In this document: piece after piece, positions 50,235 through 60,320 of the stretch
Numbering within the stretch: the first letter of the stretch is position 1
Layout: every line of letters begins with the position of its first letter
From: an uncultured Gemmatimonadaceae bacterium
GTDB lineage: Bacteria > Gemmatimonadota > Gemmatimonadetes > Gemmatimonadales > Gemmatimonadaceae
Direction of reading: 5' to 3'
NCBI GenBank assembly: GCA_963781585.1
Contig: CAWAGQ010000007.1
Location: forward strand, 320,001 to 384,000
Length of the DNA: 64,000 nt
The notes under the pieces: model-generated
The model's database searches: none
What the model was told of the DNA's origin: nothing
The model's input: only the letters and a program-made list of their open reading frames with translations
Position numbers and translations under genes: made by a program

Positions 50235-52859
50235 CTACCCGGACCCGATCGCCTCCATTGGGCGGATCCGCGCGGCACGGCGGCCGGGCAGCCAACACGC
50301 CAACAGGGCCGTCGCGAGCAGCAAGAGTGCCACGCCGGCAATGGTGCGCGCATCGGTGGGTCGCACGCCGAACAACAACCCCTGCAGCCGGTGCGCTGCG
50401 CCTAACGTGATGACCAGGCCGATCGCGCTTCCCGCCAGCGCGTACCGCATCCCGCGCGAGATGACCAGCGCCGCGACCTTGGCGGGCCGCGCGCCCAGCG
50501 CCAGGCGCACGCCGATTTCCCGGCGTCGCTGGCGCACCACGTAGGACATCAGCCCGAACACCCCCATCGCCGCCAGGCCCAGACCGACGCCGGCGAACGC
50601 GACCAGTATCGCCGCCCACCGCCGCGGGTCGGCCAGGGCGTCGTGGAAACGGTCGGTCAACGTCGCCTCCGCCAGCGGCAATTGCGGATCCAGCGCGCCC
50701 AGTGCGCCGCGCATCGCCCGGATGACGGCCGCCGTGCCCGCGCTGCTTCGTGCCACCAGGGTCATCGCCCGCGGGTCCGCCTGGACCACCGGTCCGTACA
50801 CGGCGTCCATCGAGCCCGCCGCCCCGAGATTCCTGATGTCGGACACCACGCCGATGATCGTCGTGCGCGGGCAGTTGTAGCACCCACCCTGGATCAGCCG
50901 CCGACCCACCGCCCGCTCGTCAGGCAGGTAGTGTCGCGCCCACGACCGGCTCACCACGACCACCGGGTTTGTCTCGAAGGTATCGGCCGCGGTGAAGAGC
51001 CGTCCGTCCAGCAGGCGGATACCGAGCGTGCGAAAATACCCGCTGGTCACGTAGTACCACGGCGACGTCGGCTCGGCCGACCCCGCCGGGACCGGTTGGT
51101 CCACCAGATTGAAGTTGTCGTTGTTCCCGGAATTGTCCGGCGGAATCTGCGTCGCCAGTCCCACCGCCGATGTGCCGGGGACGTCCGACATCCGTTGCTC
51201 CGCCTCGCTCCAGAAACGCTGCCGCGCCCGGATATCCGGATAGCGGACCTGCGGGAGCGCGACGCTCACGGCGGCCACGCCCCTCGGATCGAACCCCGGA
51301 TCCACCCCCTGCAGCCGGACGAAACTCTCGAGCAGCAGGCCGCCTCCGGCCAGCAGGGGCAGCGCGAGTGCGAATTCCGCAATCACCAGAGCGCTGCGCA
51401 GCGCAGTGGTGCGGCGTCCGGTGCCGGTTCGGCGCGTATCGGTCTGGAGCGATCCGGATGCACGCGCCGACAAGGTGGCCAGCGGCGACAGGCTCACCAG
51501 CAACCCTGAGAAAATCGCGGCAACCACCGCGACGGTCACCGCGCGCCAGTCGAGGGTCGCGTTCTGGACCCGAGGCAGATCAGGGAGTTGTGTGACCGCG
51601 AGCTTCAGCGCGAGGACCGCCAGTGCGAGACCGGCAACCGCCGCGCTCAGCGTGAGCAGGAGATTCTCGGTGGCGAGCAGGCGCGCAATGCGTCCACGTC
51701 GCGCCCCGAGCATCAGCCGCAGCGCCACCTCGGATTCGCGCGCCGAGGCGCGAACCAGCACCAGCGTCGCGACGTTGGTAATCGCGAGGAACAGCACCAG
51801 GAGCACAGCGCCCGCGAAAAGGCCCACCTGACGGTCCGCCTTGCCGACGATCGCTTCCCGCAACGACTGCGGCGTCAGCTTCGCGGTGGTGTCGCGGAAG
51901 TCAGACCACAGCGGAAGCATCCGCGTGCTGATGCCGGCCAGATCGCGCGCCGCCGCATCGATGGTGACACCAGGCTTCAATCGTCCGATGCCTCTCAGCC
52001 AGAATGGGCCGCGGCGGGTGGGCAGCTGCACCCGGAGCGCTGGCCATGCGTCGGCGCGCAGTCCGCCCAGTTCGTCGCGACCGGGCGGCAGCACGCCGAC
52101 TACCGCGTGGGCGACGCCATCGATGTCGAGCGACCGGCCGACGGCGCTGTCGGCGCCGCCGAGCAGCCGCGCCGCGAGCGCGTGCGACACGACCATCACC
52201 GGCGGCGCGTCGGGAGCTTCGTCGCCGGGCTCGATAGGCCGTCCCCGGGCGACCGGAATTCCCACCGCCACGAAGAAGCCGGAGGTGGCGCGTCCCACCA
52301 CCACGTGCTCGGGGGCGCCGGCGCCGGAGAGCGCGGCCTCGCCCCGCTGCGCCGCGCCCCACGCCTCGAAGCTCCGCTGCTGGGCCGCAATGGCCGTCAC
52401 GTCCGCGGTGGAGAGCGCCCACATGTTCGTGGGCGAGTTCTTCTCGACCACGCGCACCAGCCGGCCGGGTTCGGGGTAGGGCAGGTCGGCCAGAACCACC
52501 GAGTCCATGATGCTGAACACGGCCGTGGTGGCGCCGAGTCCGAGGGCCAGCACCAGGACGACACTGGCAGTGAAGCCCGGGTTGCGCCGGAGGCCGCGCA
52601 GGGCGAAGCGGACATCGGCGGCCAGTTCCTCCAGCGGTCGAATGCCTCGGGCGTCGCGCGCCTGCTCCCGGTATTGTGCCACGCCCCCGAATGCCAGCCG
52701 CGCCGCGCGTAACGCCTCGTCAGGCGGCATGCCGCCACGCATCCGTTCTTCAGCCTCGCGCTCGACATGGAACTGGAGCTCCTCGTCCAGCTCCCGGTCT
52801 TCGCGCCGCCGCGACAGCAGGGCGCGGAGCCGCTCCACGGCGTCGGTGAAGAGGGTCAC
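50235..52859 (-). CDS. ADOP-family duplicated ABC permease
   Basis: RELDEELQFH..ARLAFGG; DPGFDP; RRREIGVRLALGA. Confidence 0.92.
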   Translation of the reverse strand: MTLFTDAVERLRALLSRRREDRELDEELQFHVEREAEERMRGGMPPDEALRAARLAFGGVAQYREQARDARGIRPLEELAADVRFALRGLRRNPGFTASVVLVLALGLGATTAVFSIMDSVVLADLPYPEPGRLVRVVEKNSPTNMWALSTADVTAIAAQQRSFEAWGAAQRGEAALSGAGAPEHVVVGRATSGFFVAVGIPVARGRPIEPGDEAPDAPPVMVVSHALAARLLGGADSAVGRSLDIDGVAHAVVGVLPPGRDELGGLRADAWPALRVQLPTRRGPFWLRGIGRLKPGVTIDAAARDLAGISTRMLPLWSDFRDTTAKLTPQSLREAIVGKADRQVGLFAGAVLLVLFLAITNVATLVLVRASARESEVALRLMLGARRGRIARLLATENLLLTLSAAVAGLALAVLALKLAVTQLPDLPRVQNATLDWRAVTVAVVAAIFSGLLVSLSPLATLSARASGSLQTDTRRTGTGRRTTALRSALVIAEFALALPLLAGGGLLLESFVRLQGVDPGFDPRGVAAVSVALPQVRYPDIRARQRFWSEAEQRMSDVPGTSAVGLATQIPPDNSGNNDNFNLVDQPVPAGSAEPTSPWYYVTSGYFRTLGIRLLDGRLFTAADTFETNPVVVVSRSWARHYLPDERAVGRRLIQGGCYNCPRTTIIGVVSDIRNLGAAGSMDAVYGPVVQADPRAMTLVARSSAGTAAVIRAMRGALGALDPQLPLAEATLTDRFHDALADPRRWAAILVAFAGVGLGLAAMGVFGLMSYVVRQRRREIGVRLALGARPAKVAALVISRGMRYALAGSAIGLVITLGAAHRLQGLLFGVRPTDARTIAGVALLLLATALLACWLPGRRAARIRPMEAIGSG

Positions 52860-53200
52860 GGTACCGCGCGTAGTCGGAGCACGCCGTTCAGCGCCTGCGA
52901 GGCGCGCTCCCAGGTGGCGGCTTCGACGCCGAGCTGCTTCTCGCCGGCCTTCGTGAGCAGGTAGTAGCGGGCGCGCCGGTTGTGTTCAGTGACCCGCCAC
53001 TCGCTCCGGATCCAGCCCTTGCGACGCATGCGCACGAGGGCCGGGTAGAGCGATCCCTGTTGTACGCGGAACGCGCCGTTGGAGAGCTGGTCGATGCGGT
53101 GGCCGATGCCCCATCCGTGCAGCGGGGCGAGCGAAAGCGCCTTGAGCACGAGCAATTCCAGCGTGCCCTGCAGCAGGGCGGATTGGGACGCCACGGCCAT
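52856..53200 (-). CDS. PadR-family regulator
   Basis: LLQGTLELLVLKAL..LHGWGI..QQGSLYPAL..HNRRARYY. Confidence 0.92.
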   Translation of the reverse strand: MAVASQSALLQGTLELLVLKALSLAPLHGWGIGHRIDQLSNGAFRVQQGSLYPALVRMRRKGWIRSEWRVTEHNRRARYYLLTKAGEKQLGVEAATWERASQALNGVLRLRAVP

Positions 53201-53254
53201 TCCTCCAGATGATCTGAAGGAGTATGCGGTCACTTCTCCAGATAATCAAGAGGA
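53201..53254 (-). promoter_or_regulatory. Sigma70 promoter with two tandem PadR operators
   Basis: TTGATT-17-CATACT on the minus strand; TCCTCCAGA-TGA-TCTGAAGGA (53201-53221) and TTCTCCAGA-TAA-TCAAGAGGA (53234-53254). Confidence 0.7.
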
Positions 53255-53400
53255 GAGCTGCCCCTGCGCGGGGCCACCGGTCCAGTGACGCCGGTCTCCC
53301 CGTGCATCGCGGCCGCTGCTGTCTTGCGGGTCTGCCGGTGCACCCCGATGTTGGCTGCGCCATGCGCGTCCGCATGAGCATTTCGTTCGGAGGACTGCCA

Positions 53401-54342
53401 ATGCGCACTCGAGTGTTGGGCGCCGTCACGGGGCTTGCGGCGGGAGCGCTTCTCGCCGCCGCGTGTTCGACCAGGAGCGGGGCGCCGGTCGCGGCCGCGC
53501 CTGCGGCAGGACTGTGGCAGGTGTACGAGCAGTCGCTGAAATCCGCGAAGTACGTCGATCTGACGCACACCATCACCCCGGACATTCCGGTGTGGAAAGG
53601 ATTCGGTCCGTCGAAGTTCGGCCCGACGGTGAATCCGGCAACCGGAAAGGCGTATGACTACGCTACCGACGGCTTCGCGGCGACGGCCTACCGGCTCTCG
53701 ACCGACCAGTTAGGCACCCAACTCGATCCGCCGGCGCACTGGGCGCCGGAGTTCCCGTCCATCGACGAGCTGCCGGCCACGTTCGCGGTGCGGCCGCTGG
53801 TCGTCATCTCGATCGCCGACCGGGTCGCGAGTGCGCCGGGATACCAACTGCAGGTGTCCGACATCGAGGACTGGGAGCGTCGGAACGGACGGATTCCCGG
53901 AGGCTCGGTCGTGATGGTGCGCTCCGACTGGTCGAAGGACTGGCCCAATCCGGATCTGGCGGCACGCACGGTGTTTCCCGGCGTGACGCTCGCCGCGCTC
54001 AAGTTCCTGCACGAGCAGCGGCACATCCTGTTCCATGGGCACGAGGCGCTCGACACCGATACCACGAGCACGCTCGAGGGCGAATCGTGGTTGATGCACA
54101 ACGGATACACGCAGGCCGAAGGCGTAGCCAATCTCGATCAGGTTCCCGAGACGGGGTGCCTGATTTCGATCGGGTATCCGAAGTTCGAGGGCGGGGTCGG
54201 CGGCTACGCCCGCTACATCGCGATCTGTCCGCCCGACTGGAAATACGGTGTGTCGGTGGGCGAAGTCCCCGATTCGCCGCTGCCGAGGAGCGAGAAACTG
54301 CTCCACTGGGACAAGGCGAAAGGGGTGCGCGTGCGGGAGTAA
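53401..54342 (+). CDS. Cyclase-family (kynurenine formamidase-like) lipoprotein
   Basis: Lipobox LAAAC; VDLTHTI; DQLGTQLDPPAH; EGVANLDQVP. Confidence 0.85.
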   Translation: MRTRVLGAVTGLAAGALLAAACSTRSGAPVAAAPAAGLWQVYEQSLKSAKYVDLTHTITPDIPVWKGFGPSKFGPTVNPATGKAYDYATDGFAATAYRLSTDQLGTQLDPPAHWAPEFPSIDELPATFAVRPLVVISIADRVASAPGYQLQVSDIEDWERRNGRIPGGSVVMVRSDWSKDWPNPDLAARTVFPGVTLAALKFLHEQRHILFHGHEALDTDTTSTLEGESWLMHNGYTQAEGVANLDQVPETGCLISIGYPKFEGGVGGYARYIAICPPDWKYGVSVGEVPDSPLPRSEKLLHWDKAKGVRVRE

Positions 54343-54353
54343 GCGACCTGCTT

Positions 54354-54845
54354 CTAGCACCGCCCCATCGTGGGCGGCGGCGGAGGGGCGGTTGGCAATT
54401 CTCCGGCCCGCGTGACCACAAAACTCAGCAGGACCTGTACGGCTCGCTTGTACACGACGAGCTGGCGCACGGGTTGATCGCCCAACCGCGCTGGAACGTA
54501 CCGCAGTTCGGGGAGCGCATCGAGAACGACGCGCTCGAGCACCGGGTTGTTGCCAGCCTTCTTCCGGACGGTTAACGGCTCGGGCAGGCCCGCGGTATCG
54601 ACGACGAACTCGAGCTCCACGCGCATGCAGCCATTTGATGCCGCGCGTCCTCCGAGGAGTTCCGTGTCGAGCTTCGGATCGGACCCCCGTTGCCGGGCCT
54701 TCCTGTCCACCTCGCAGTCCCGATACACTGGCGCGGGCGCCATCCAGGCGGAGTCAGGGGGGTTACCGGTGCAATGGCCGTTCGCTTGTGCGGTCGCACA
54801 GGCCGGAAGCACCAGCAGGCAGGCAAGCACCAGGGCAGATCGCAT
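54354..54845 (-). CDS. Lipoprotein with a TonB C-terminal-like domain
   Basis: LPAC lipobox; VELEFVVDTAG..RYVPARLGDQPVRQ. Confidence 0.7.
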   Translation of the reverse strand: MRSALVLACLLVLPACATAQANGHCTGNPPDSAWMAPAPVYRDCEVDRKARQRGSDPKLDTELLGGRAASNGCMRVELEFVVDTAGLPEPLTVRKKAGNNPVLERVVLDALPELRYVPARLGDQPVRQLVVYKRAVQVLLSFVVTRAGELPTAPPPPPTMGRC

Positions 54846-54903
54846 ACATGTCTCTCCAGCGGCGCGCCTCATGGAAGGAGCAGCTGGACAGAACTCCCTC
54901 GCA

Positions 54904-55089
54904 TCAGGCAGTGCGCCGAAACAGGCGCCAGGCCCAGTAGCACAGCGCCGCGGCACACATGCCAATCGCGGTCTCCACCGCGAACCAGGGATCGGTGATC
55001 AGTCGTGGCCATTCGGCGATGGTCTGCCACAGGTGCACGAGCGCCAGCACCGCGAACAGCGAACCGGTCGTCACAAGATACGCTTTCAT
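54904..55089 (-). CDS. Small two-TM membrane protein
   Basis: MKAYLVTTGSLFAVLALVH.. with GGAGG RBS. Confidence 0.7.
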   Translation of the reverse strand: MKAYLVTTGSLFAVLALVHLWQTIAEWPRLITDPWFAVETAIGMCAAALCYWAWRLFRRTA

Positions 55090-55116
55090 AATGATGGCCT
55101 CCAGTCGGATGGTGAC

Positions 55117-55875
55117 TCAGGTCGAGCGCGGCTCATACGCCAATTCGACCCGCGTGAAGAGCTGGACCATCTCTTCGGCGGCACGCGGCGCCAGAATATC
55201 GCGCGCGAAGTCCGCTGCCTGGGGGTAGTCGGTGGTCCGAACGCGCTCCGCGGCATCCTGGAGGTCATACGACGTGCGCCGCAAGGCAACATCAGGTCCG
55301 ATCAGGAGCCAATACGCCCCGGGTTCCCCGAACGGCATCCCGACACTGCCGGCGTTCACGACCCGCGTCGCCGCGACTGTTCGATCGAACTGCATGTGGG
55401 TGTGCCCGCACACCACCAAAGGTACGTGGAGTCCCGCGAAGACGGGCACGAGACGCTCCTCGGCGGTCTGCGCGCTGAAGATCTCGTTCTCATGCCGCGG
55501 TGTGCCGTGGCAGAAGAGTACTTCGCCGATTCCCGGGATGTCGAGACGCAACGTCCTGGGCCAGGCCGCCAGGACCGACCGATGCTCGGAAGACAACGTG
55601 TCCGCCGTCCATTGCATCGACCGCCGTACCGGTTCGGGCAGGCCCGGATCGGCGCCCGCCAACTGCGTGAGGATCGCCACCTCGCAGTTGCCATGGATAA
55701 ACTGCACGGGCCGGTCGAGGTCCAGCAGGCGGACGAGTGCCTCACGCGCCATGGGTCCGGGAACGACATCGCCGCCCACTACCACGCGGTCGACGTCCGC
55801 GCGCCGGACGTCGTCGAGCACTGCCTCCAGGGCCGGGAGGTTCCCATGAATGTCGTACAGGGCAGCGACCCTCAT
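55117..55875 (-). CDS. Metallophosphoesterase
   Basis: DIHGN, GGD, HGNCE, CHGTP, GHTH, NAGSVG. Confidence 0.92.
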   Translation of the reverse strand: MRVAALYDIHGNLPALEAVLDDVRRADVDRVVVGGDVVPGPMAREALVRLLDLDRPVQFIHGNCEVAILTQLAGADPGLPEPVRRSMQWTADTLSSEHRSVLAAWPRTLRLDIPGIGEVLFCHGTPRHENEIFSAQTAEERLVPVFAGLHVPLVVCGHTHMQFDRTVAATRVVNAGSVGMPFGEPGAYWLLIGPDVALRRTSYDLQDAAERVRTTDYPQAADFARDILAPRAAEEMVQLFTRVELAYEPRST

Positions 55876-56339
55876 GGCAGTCGTTCGTCCGCGACGACTG
55901 TCTTGCGGAAGCAGCGAATCACTCCCACGTCGCTGAACCCCACGGCGCGATGTGCCGCAGCGCTCTCCGCGTTGGCGACTCCGGTATCCGAGGCGAACTC
56001 GGAGCACCCTTGCCCCCGGGCCCATTCCTCAGCGGCGCCCACCAGGGCACGACCCACGCCGCGGCGCCTCGATTCCGGCGCCACGTACCACCCCTCGAGA
56101 TAGGCCACCCGCGTGGAGCGACACCCTTCGGCGCAGGGCCGGATCGAGAGCTCAGCGAAACCCAGGTAGCCACCGTCCGACTCCTGGGCGATGAGTACTG
56201 CCAGCGGCTCAGGGGCCCGCCCCTCGAAGAACGCGACGATCTCCGCGGCGTGTTCCGCCTCGGCGCCATCGGGCCAGAACGCCTGACGCATGCGCAGCCA
56301 CGGGCCGGCATCGTCAGGTGTGGCGAGTCGCACGATCAT
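55872..56339 (-). CDS. GNAT acetyltransferase, AAC(6')-I-like
   Basis: GFAELSIR, YLEGWYV..RRRGVG, EFASDT, SAAAHRAVGF. Confidence 0.8.
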   Translation of the reverse strand: MIVRLATPDDAGPWLRMRQAFWPDGAEAEHAAEIVAFFEGRAPEPLAVLIAQESDGGYLGFAELSIRPCAEGCRSTRVAYLEGWYVAPESRRRGVGRALVGAAEEWARGQGCSEFASDTGVANAESAAAHRAVGFSDVGVIRCFRKTVVADERLP

Positions 56340-57805
56340 ATGGCCCTCGCGGACCGCGCTTCGAGAGAAGCCAGCAGTGCCGGAATGAAACCTCCAAATG
56401 CGCCGTTGCTCATGACCAGGATGACATCGCCGGGTCGGGACTCGGAGGAAACGAGCCGCACCATCTCGTCCACGTCATCCAGCGCTGCGGAGTCAACACC
56501 ACGCATCTGGATCTCGCTCACCAGTCGAGGCACGTCGAGCTGCTGGTCGGCGGGCACCTTGTCGTGCGGTTCGGGGAGGCGAATGGTCGCGCGATCGGCG
56601 TGGTCGAACGCGTGGGCATACTCCGCCTGATGGATGCTGCGACGGCTGGTGTTGGAGCGCGGCTCGAACACGGCCCAGAGCCGCCGCCCCGGATAGCGCC
56701 GCCGTACGCCTTCTATAGTAGTGCGCACGGCGGTGGGGTGGTGGGCGAAATCGTCGATCACGAGCACGCCGCCGATTTCCCCTCGCGGCTCCTGACGCCG
56801 CTTCACACCCCTGAAGCTCGCCAGCCCGACCGCGATCGCGTGGTGCGGCACGCCGAGCGAACGTGCCGCCGCGTAGACGCCGGTCGCGTTCTCCACGTTG
56901 TGGAAGCCGGACATCGGCAGGAAGATCTCGCTAGCGGCAGACCCGGGACCCCGGATGACGAAGCGCGCCCCATCCGCTTCGAGACGCGCGTTCTCCGCCC
57001 GCCAGTCCGCTTCGCGATTGGCCGCATAGGTGGTAACGGGCGCGCCCGAATGCTCGCGGGCGATCGCCACCGCCGCAGGGTATGACGCGCTCACGCCAAG
57101 CCAGCCGTCGGCGGGAAGGCTGGCGCAGAATTGAGCGAATGCTGCCTCGTACTGTGTCAGGTCCCTGAAGATGTCGGCGTGATCGAATTCCACGCTGGTG
57201 AGGAGTGCCGTGCGTGCGCGGTAGTGCAGGAACTTGGGGCCCTTGTCGAAGTACGCGGTGTCGTACTCGTCTCCTTCCACCACGACGTGCTCGCCGCCGC
57301 CGAGCCGGAAGTTGGCGCCATAGTTCGCCGCCACGCCACCGACCAGGAAGGTCGGATCGAGTCCCGCCTCTACCAGCACGTGCGCCATCAGCGCCGCGGT
57401 CGTGGTCTTCCCGTGGGTGCCGGCAATGACCACGCTGTGCCGGCCGGTCAGGATCAGCGCGCCAAGGGCGGCGGGAAAGCTCATCTGGGGGATGCGGCGC
57501 TCGCGCACCGCGGTCGCTTCCGGGTTCACCCGCCGGATGACGTTGCCGATGATGACCAGATCGGGCCGCGCACGATCGAGGTTGACCGGCGCGTATGGCG
57601 TGAAGACGTCTATGCCCCACTCGTGCAGCATGTCGCTCATGGGAGGGTAGACGTTCTCGTCGCTGCCGGTCACCCGGTATCCGGCGGCCTTGAGCATCCC
57701 CGCGAACGCGCCCATGCCGGTGCCGGCCACGCCGACGAGGTGAATGCGGTTCACCGCCTGAGGCGCAAGGTGGGTGAGGATGAGACCGTGGTCCTCGTCA
57801 GGCAT
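56336..57805 (-). CDS. mpl: Murein peptide ligase
   Basis: GVAGTGMG, NVYPPMS, GTHGKTTT, EGDEYDTAYFDK, DDFAHHPTA, FEPRSNT, MSNGAFGG. Confidence 0.92.
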   Translation of the reverse strand: MPDEDHGLILTHLAPQAVNRIHLVGVAGTGMGAFAGMLKAAGYRVTGSDENVYPPMSDMLHEWGIDVFTPYAPVNLDRARPDLVIIGNVIRRVNPEATAVRERRIPQMSFPAALGALILTGRHSVVIAGTHGKTTTAALMAHVLVEAGLDPTFLVGGVAANYGANFRLGGGEHVVVEGDEYDTAYFDKGPKFLHYRARTALLTSVEFDHADIFRDLTQYEAAFAQFCASLPADGWLGVSASYPAAVAIAREHSGAPVTTYAANREADWRAENARLEADGARFVIRGPGSAASEIFLPMSGFHNVENATGVYAAARSLGVPHHAIAVGLASFRGVKRRQEPRGEIGGVLVIDDFAHHPTAVRTTIEGVRRRYPGRRLWAVFEPRSNTSRRSIHQAEYAHAFDHADRATIRLPEPHDKVPADQQLDVPRLVSEIQMRGVDSAALDDVDEMVRLVSSESRPGDVILVMSNGAFGGFIPALLASLEARSARAI

Positions 57806-58038
57806 TTCAGTGCCGCGCAAATGCAGGTGGCGTTCGCGAGCGCGCCCATCGGTCGCGCTCCACCCTCTCGGGGGGTCGGGCCCGCTGGGCAAATGCTGCC
57901 GCCGGAAGGGAACGGGTGGAAACTGCCGGCCCGAAGACGCGCCGTCGCCGGCGATGCTGCACCGTCGGCGTCAAACGACGCCGGAACATCGGCGTGAGGC
58001 GCTGCGAGCGCGCTGAGGCGCTGTGACGGTTGGCGGCA

Positions 58039-58098
58039 GCGGCCGGGGGATACGCGATTCGTGGCACGGCGGCCGGGGGATACGCGATTCGTGGCACG
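58039..58098. repeat. Perfect 30-bp tandem duplication
   Basis: GCGGCCGGGGGATACGCGATTCGTGGCACG x2. Confidence 0.9.
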
Positions 58099-58262
58099 GG
58101 CTCAGCGCGAGTGAGGGGAGCGGGCAACGGTGACGACGCCACAGTGCGCAACCGTGACTGGCGTTACGCTGCGCTCGTCAATTGATGCTGCCCCCATTGC
58201 CCCGGGCGCACAAGTGCAGCGGCGGGCGGGAAGGCGGTGACCAATCCGGGAGGCGACACCGC

Positions 58263-60319
58263 GTGCCCAACCTGGCGGTGCAGGCGGCCAGTTCCCCTGA
58301 GTCCTTGCCGGCGGAGCTCCTCGAGCTCGTCGCTGGAGCTTGGCGCTCGTCATCCAGAAGCGCGCCATGTATCCGGGCGCGCATCCCATGCTCCGCGGTG
58401 CGATCGAGGCGCTGGTGGCGAAGATGGGCACCGTCGCCGAGCTCTGGGGATCGGTGACCATCGCCGTGACCGCCGACCAGGTGCTGATCGAAGGCCGGGC
58501 GGCCGACACCGGGAATCCGATTCTCCGCGAATTCGGCGCCCACTTGCGAGCGCACCAACTGGCGGCGATAAGGTTCCTCCCCGGAGCCGACGCCGCCGAA
58601 GTGGACGACCTGGTTACCACGCTCGCCACGCCCGCCCGCCGGGTGGACCGGCCGCTTGGCACGTTAGGCGACGATGCGCTGTTCCGCTGGCGCCACGTTG
58701 CCCTGTACCCGCTCACGTTCGACGCACTCGAGTTGCGCGACCGGGAGTCCACCGATCGGCACGTTCCCGGGATCAGCGGGCAGCTGAGTGAGGTCTGGGC
58801 CGACCTCACGCGCGCGGCGCTCGGCGACGTCATCGACTCCGAGGCAACGCCGGAACGGATTTCCGATGCCATCAGCCGGCGGGCCGCCAACGGCTCGTAC
58901 AGCCGTGACGTGCTGGCCGCGCTGCTGCGAGCGGCCGGCGAGATCAGGGAACAGGACTCGCTTCAGGCCACATCGATGCGGCGACGGCTGTCCGACGTCA
59001 TCGCGACCATGAGTCCGGAGGCCCTGTCGCGCCTGCTGGAAATGGGCGGCGATGCAAACATCCGCGCCCGCTTTCTCCAGCAGTCCATGGACGTGCTCGG
59101 TACGGACGCGCTAGTGCGACTCGTGATCGCCGGCGGCGAGGCGTCAGGCGCGTCGATCTCACAGTCCATGCTGCGGCTGCTGTCGAAACTGTCGCGCAAT
59201 GCCGACGCCGGGCGCGTTCCGGGCGCAGGTACGGAACCCGAGCTGCGGCTACTGCTTCAACGGCTCACGCAGGACTGGACGCTCGACGATCCGAATCCAG
59301 GCGAATACAGCACCACGCTGCATCACCTGAGCCGACGGGGCGCGGCCGACGCCGTAACCGATCAGGCCCGCGATCAGTGCGAGCCGGATCGGGTGGTGGA
59401 ACTGTCGCTCGACGCCGACCAGTCGGGCGAGGCGACGGAACGCGCGTTGAGCCGGATGGTGGTCGTGCACGGACTGGCCGCGGTGCTCGATCGGCTGGCC
59501 GGCTTTCCGCCTACCGCATTGCGCGAGAAGCTGATCGACAGCCTGGTGAGCGGGAGCATGTTGCGCGAGCAGCTGGCGGCGGAATATCCCGACCATCGCG
59601 TGCTCCAGCACGCGGTATCTCGCTTGCGCGGGGCGGCAGTCGAGCCGCTGCTGGACGCGCTCGAGGCGCGGGCGGACACCGACACCGATTTCATTGCCGA
59701 CCTCCTCGTGACGATCGGGATCGATGCGGCACCGCCGCTGGCAGCCAGGCTCGCCACCAGCGCGCGCCAGGTGCAACAGAAGATCCTCGCGATTCTCGAC
59801 CGGCTGGACGCGTGGCCCGATACGGCGTACCTGCGGGAACTCGGACGACACCCGGACGCGGCGCTGCGACGCGAGGCGGTTCGCCTGCTGCTCAAGCACG
59901 ACGCGCTGCGCGATGACGCGATCATGTTCGCGAGCGCGGACGAGGACCTGCAGATCCTCAGTCTGGTGCTCGCGGCGGCGCTCAAGCACCCCACGGCGCG
60001 AACGGCGGAGATGCTCATGCGCCGGGTCGATGCCGATCCCCACCTGAACGCCGAGCTGCGCGGCCGGGCCGTGCGCGTCATTGCAGCGTCGGAGTCGTCC
60101 GACGGAATGCGATGGATCGCGGGCCGTATCGTGACGCGTCACTGGCTCACCCGGCGACTGCGACTCAAGCGGAAATCTCCCGAGATCGTGGCGGCGCTTG
60201 CCGGGCTGGCAGTGCATTGGAGCGACTCGACCGAGGTATTGCGGGTGCTCGAGATGGCGAAACGGAGCCGCGATTCCGAACTCCGTCGCGCGGCGTCGTT
60301 GAGACCTGTGGGGCGCTGA
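58263..60319 (+). CDS. HEAT-repeat helical protein (N-terminal frameshift near 58330)
   Basis: GGAGG + GTG 58263 in a different frame from the body; MYPGAHP; HPDAALRREAVRLL repeats. Confidence 0.75.
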
Positions 60320-60320
60320 C

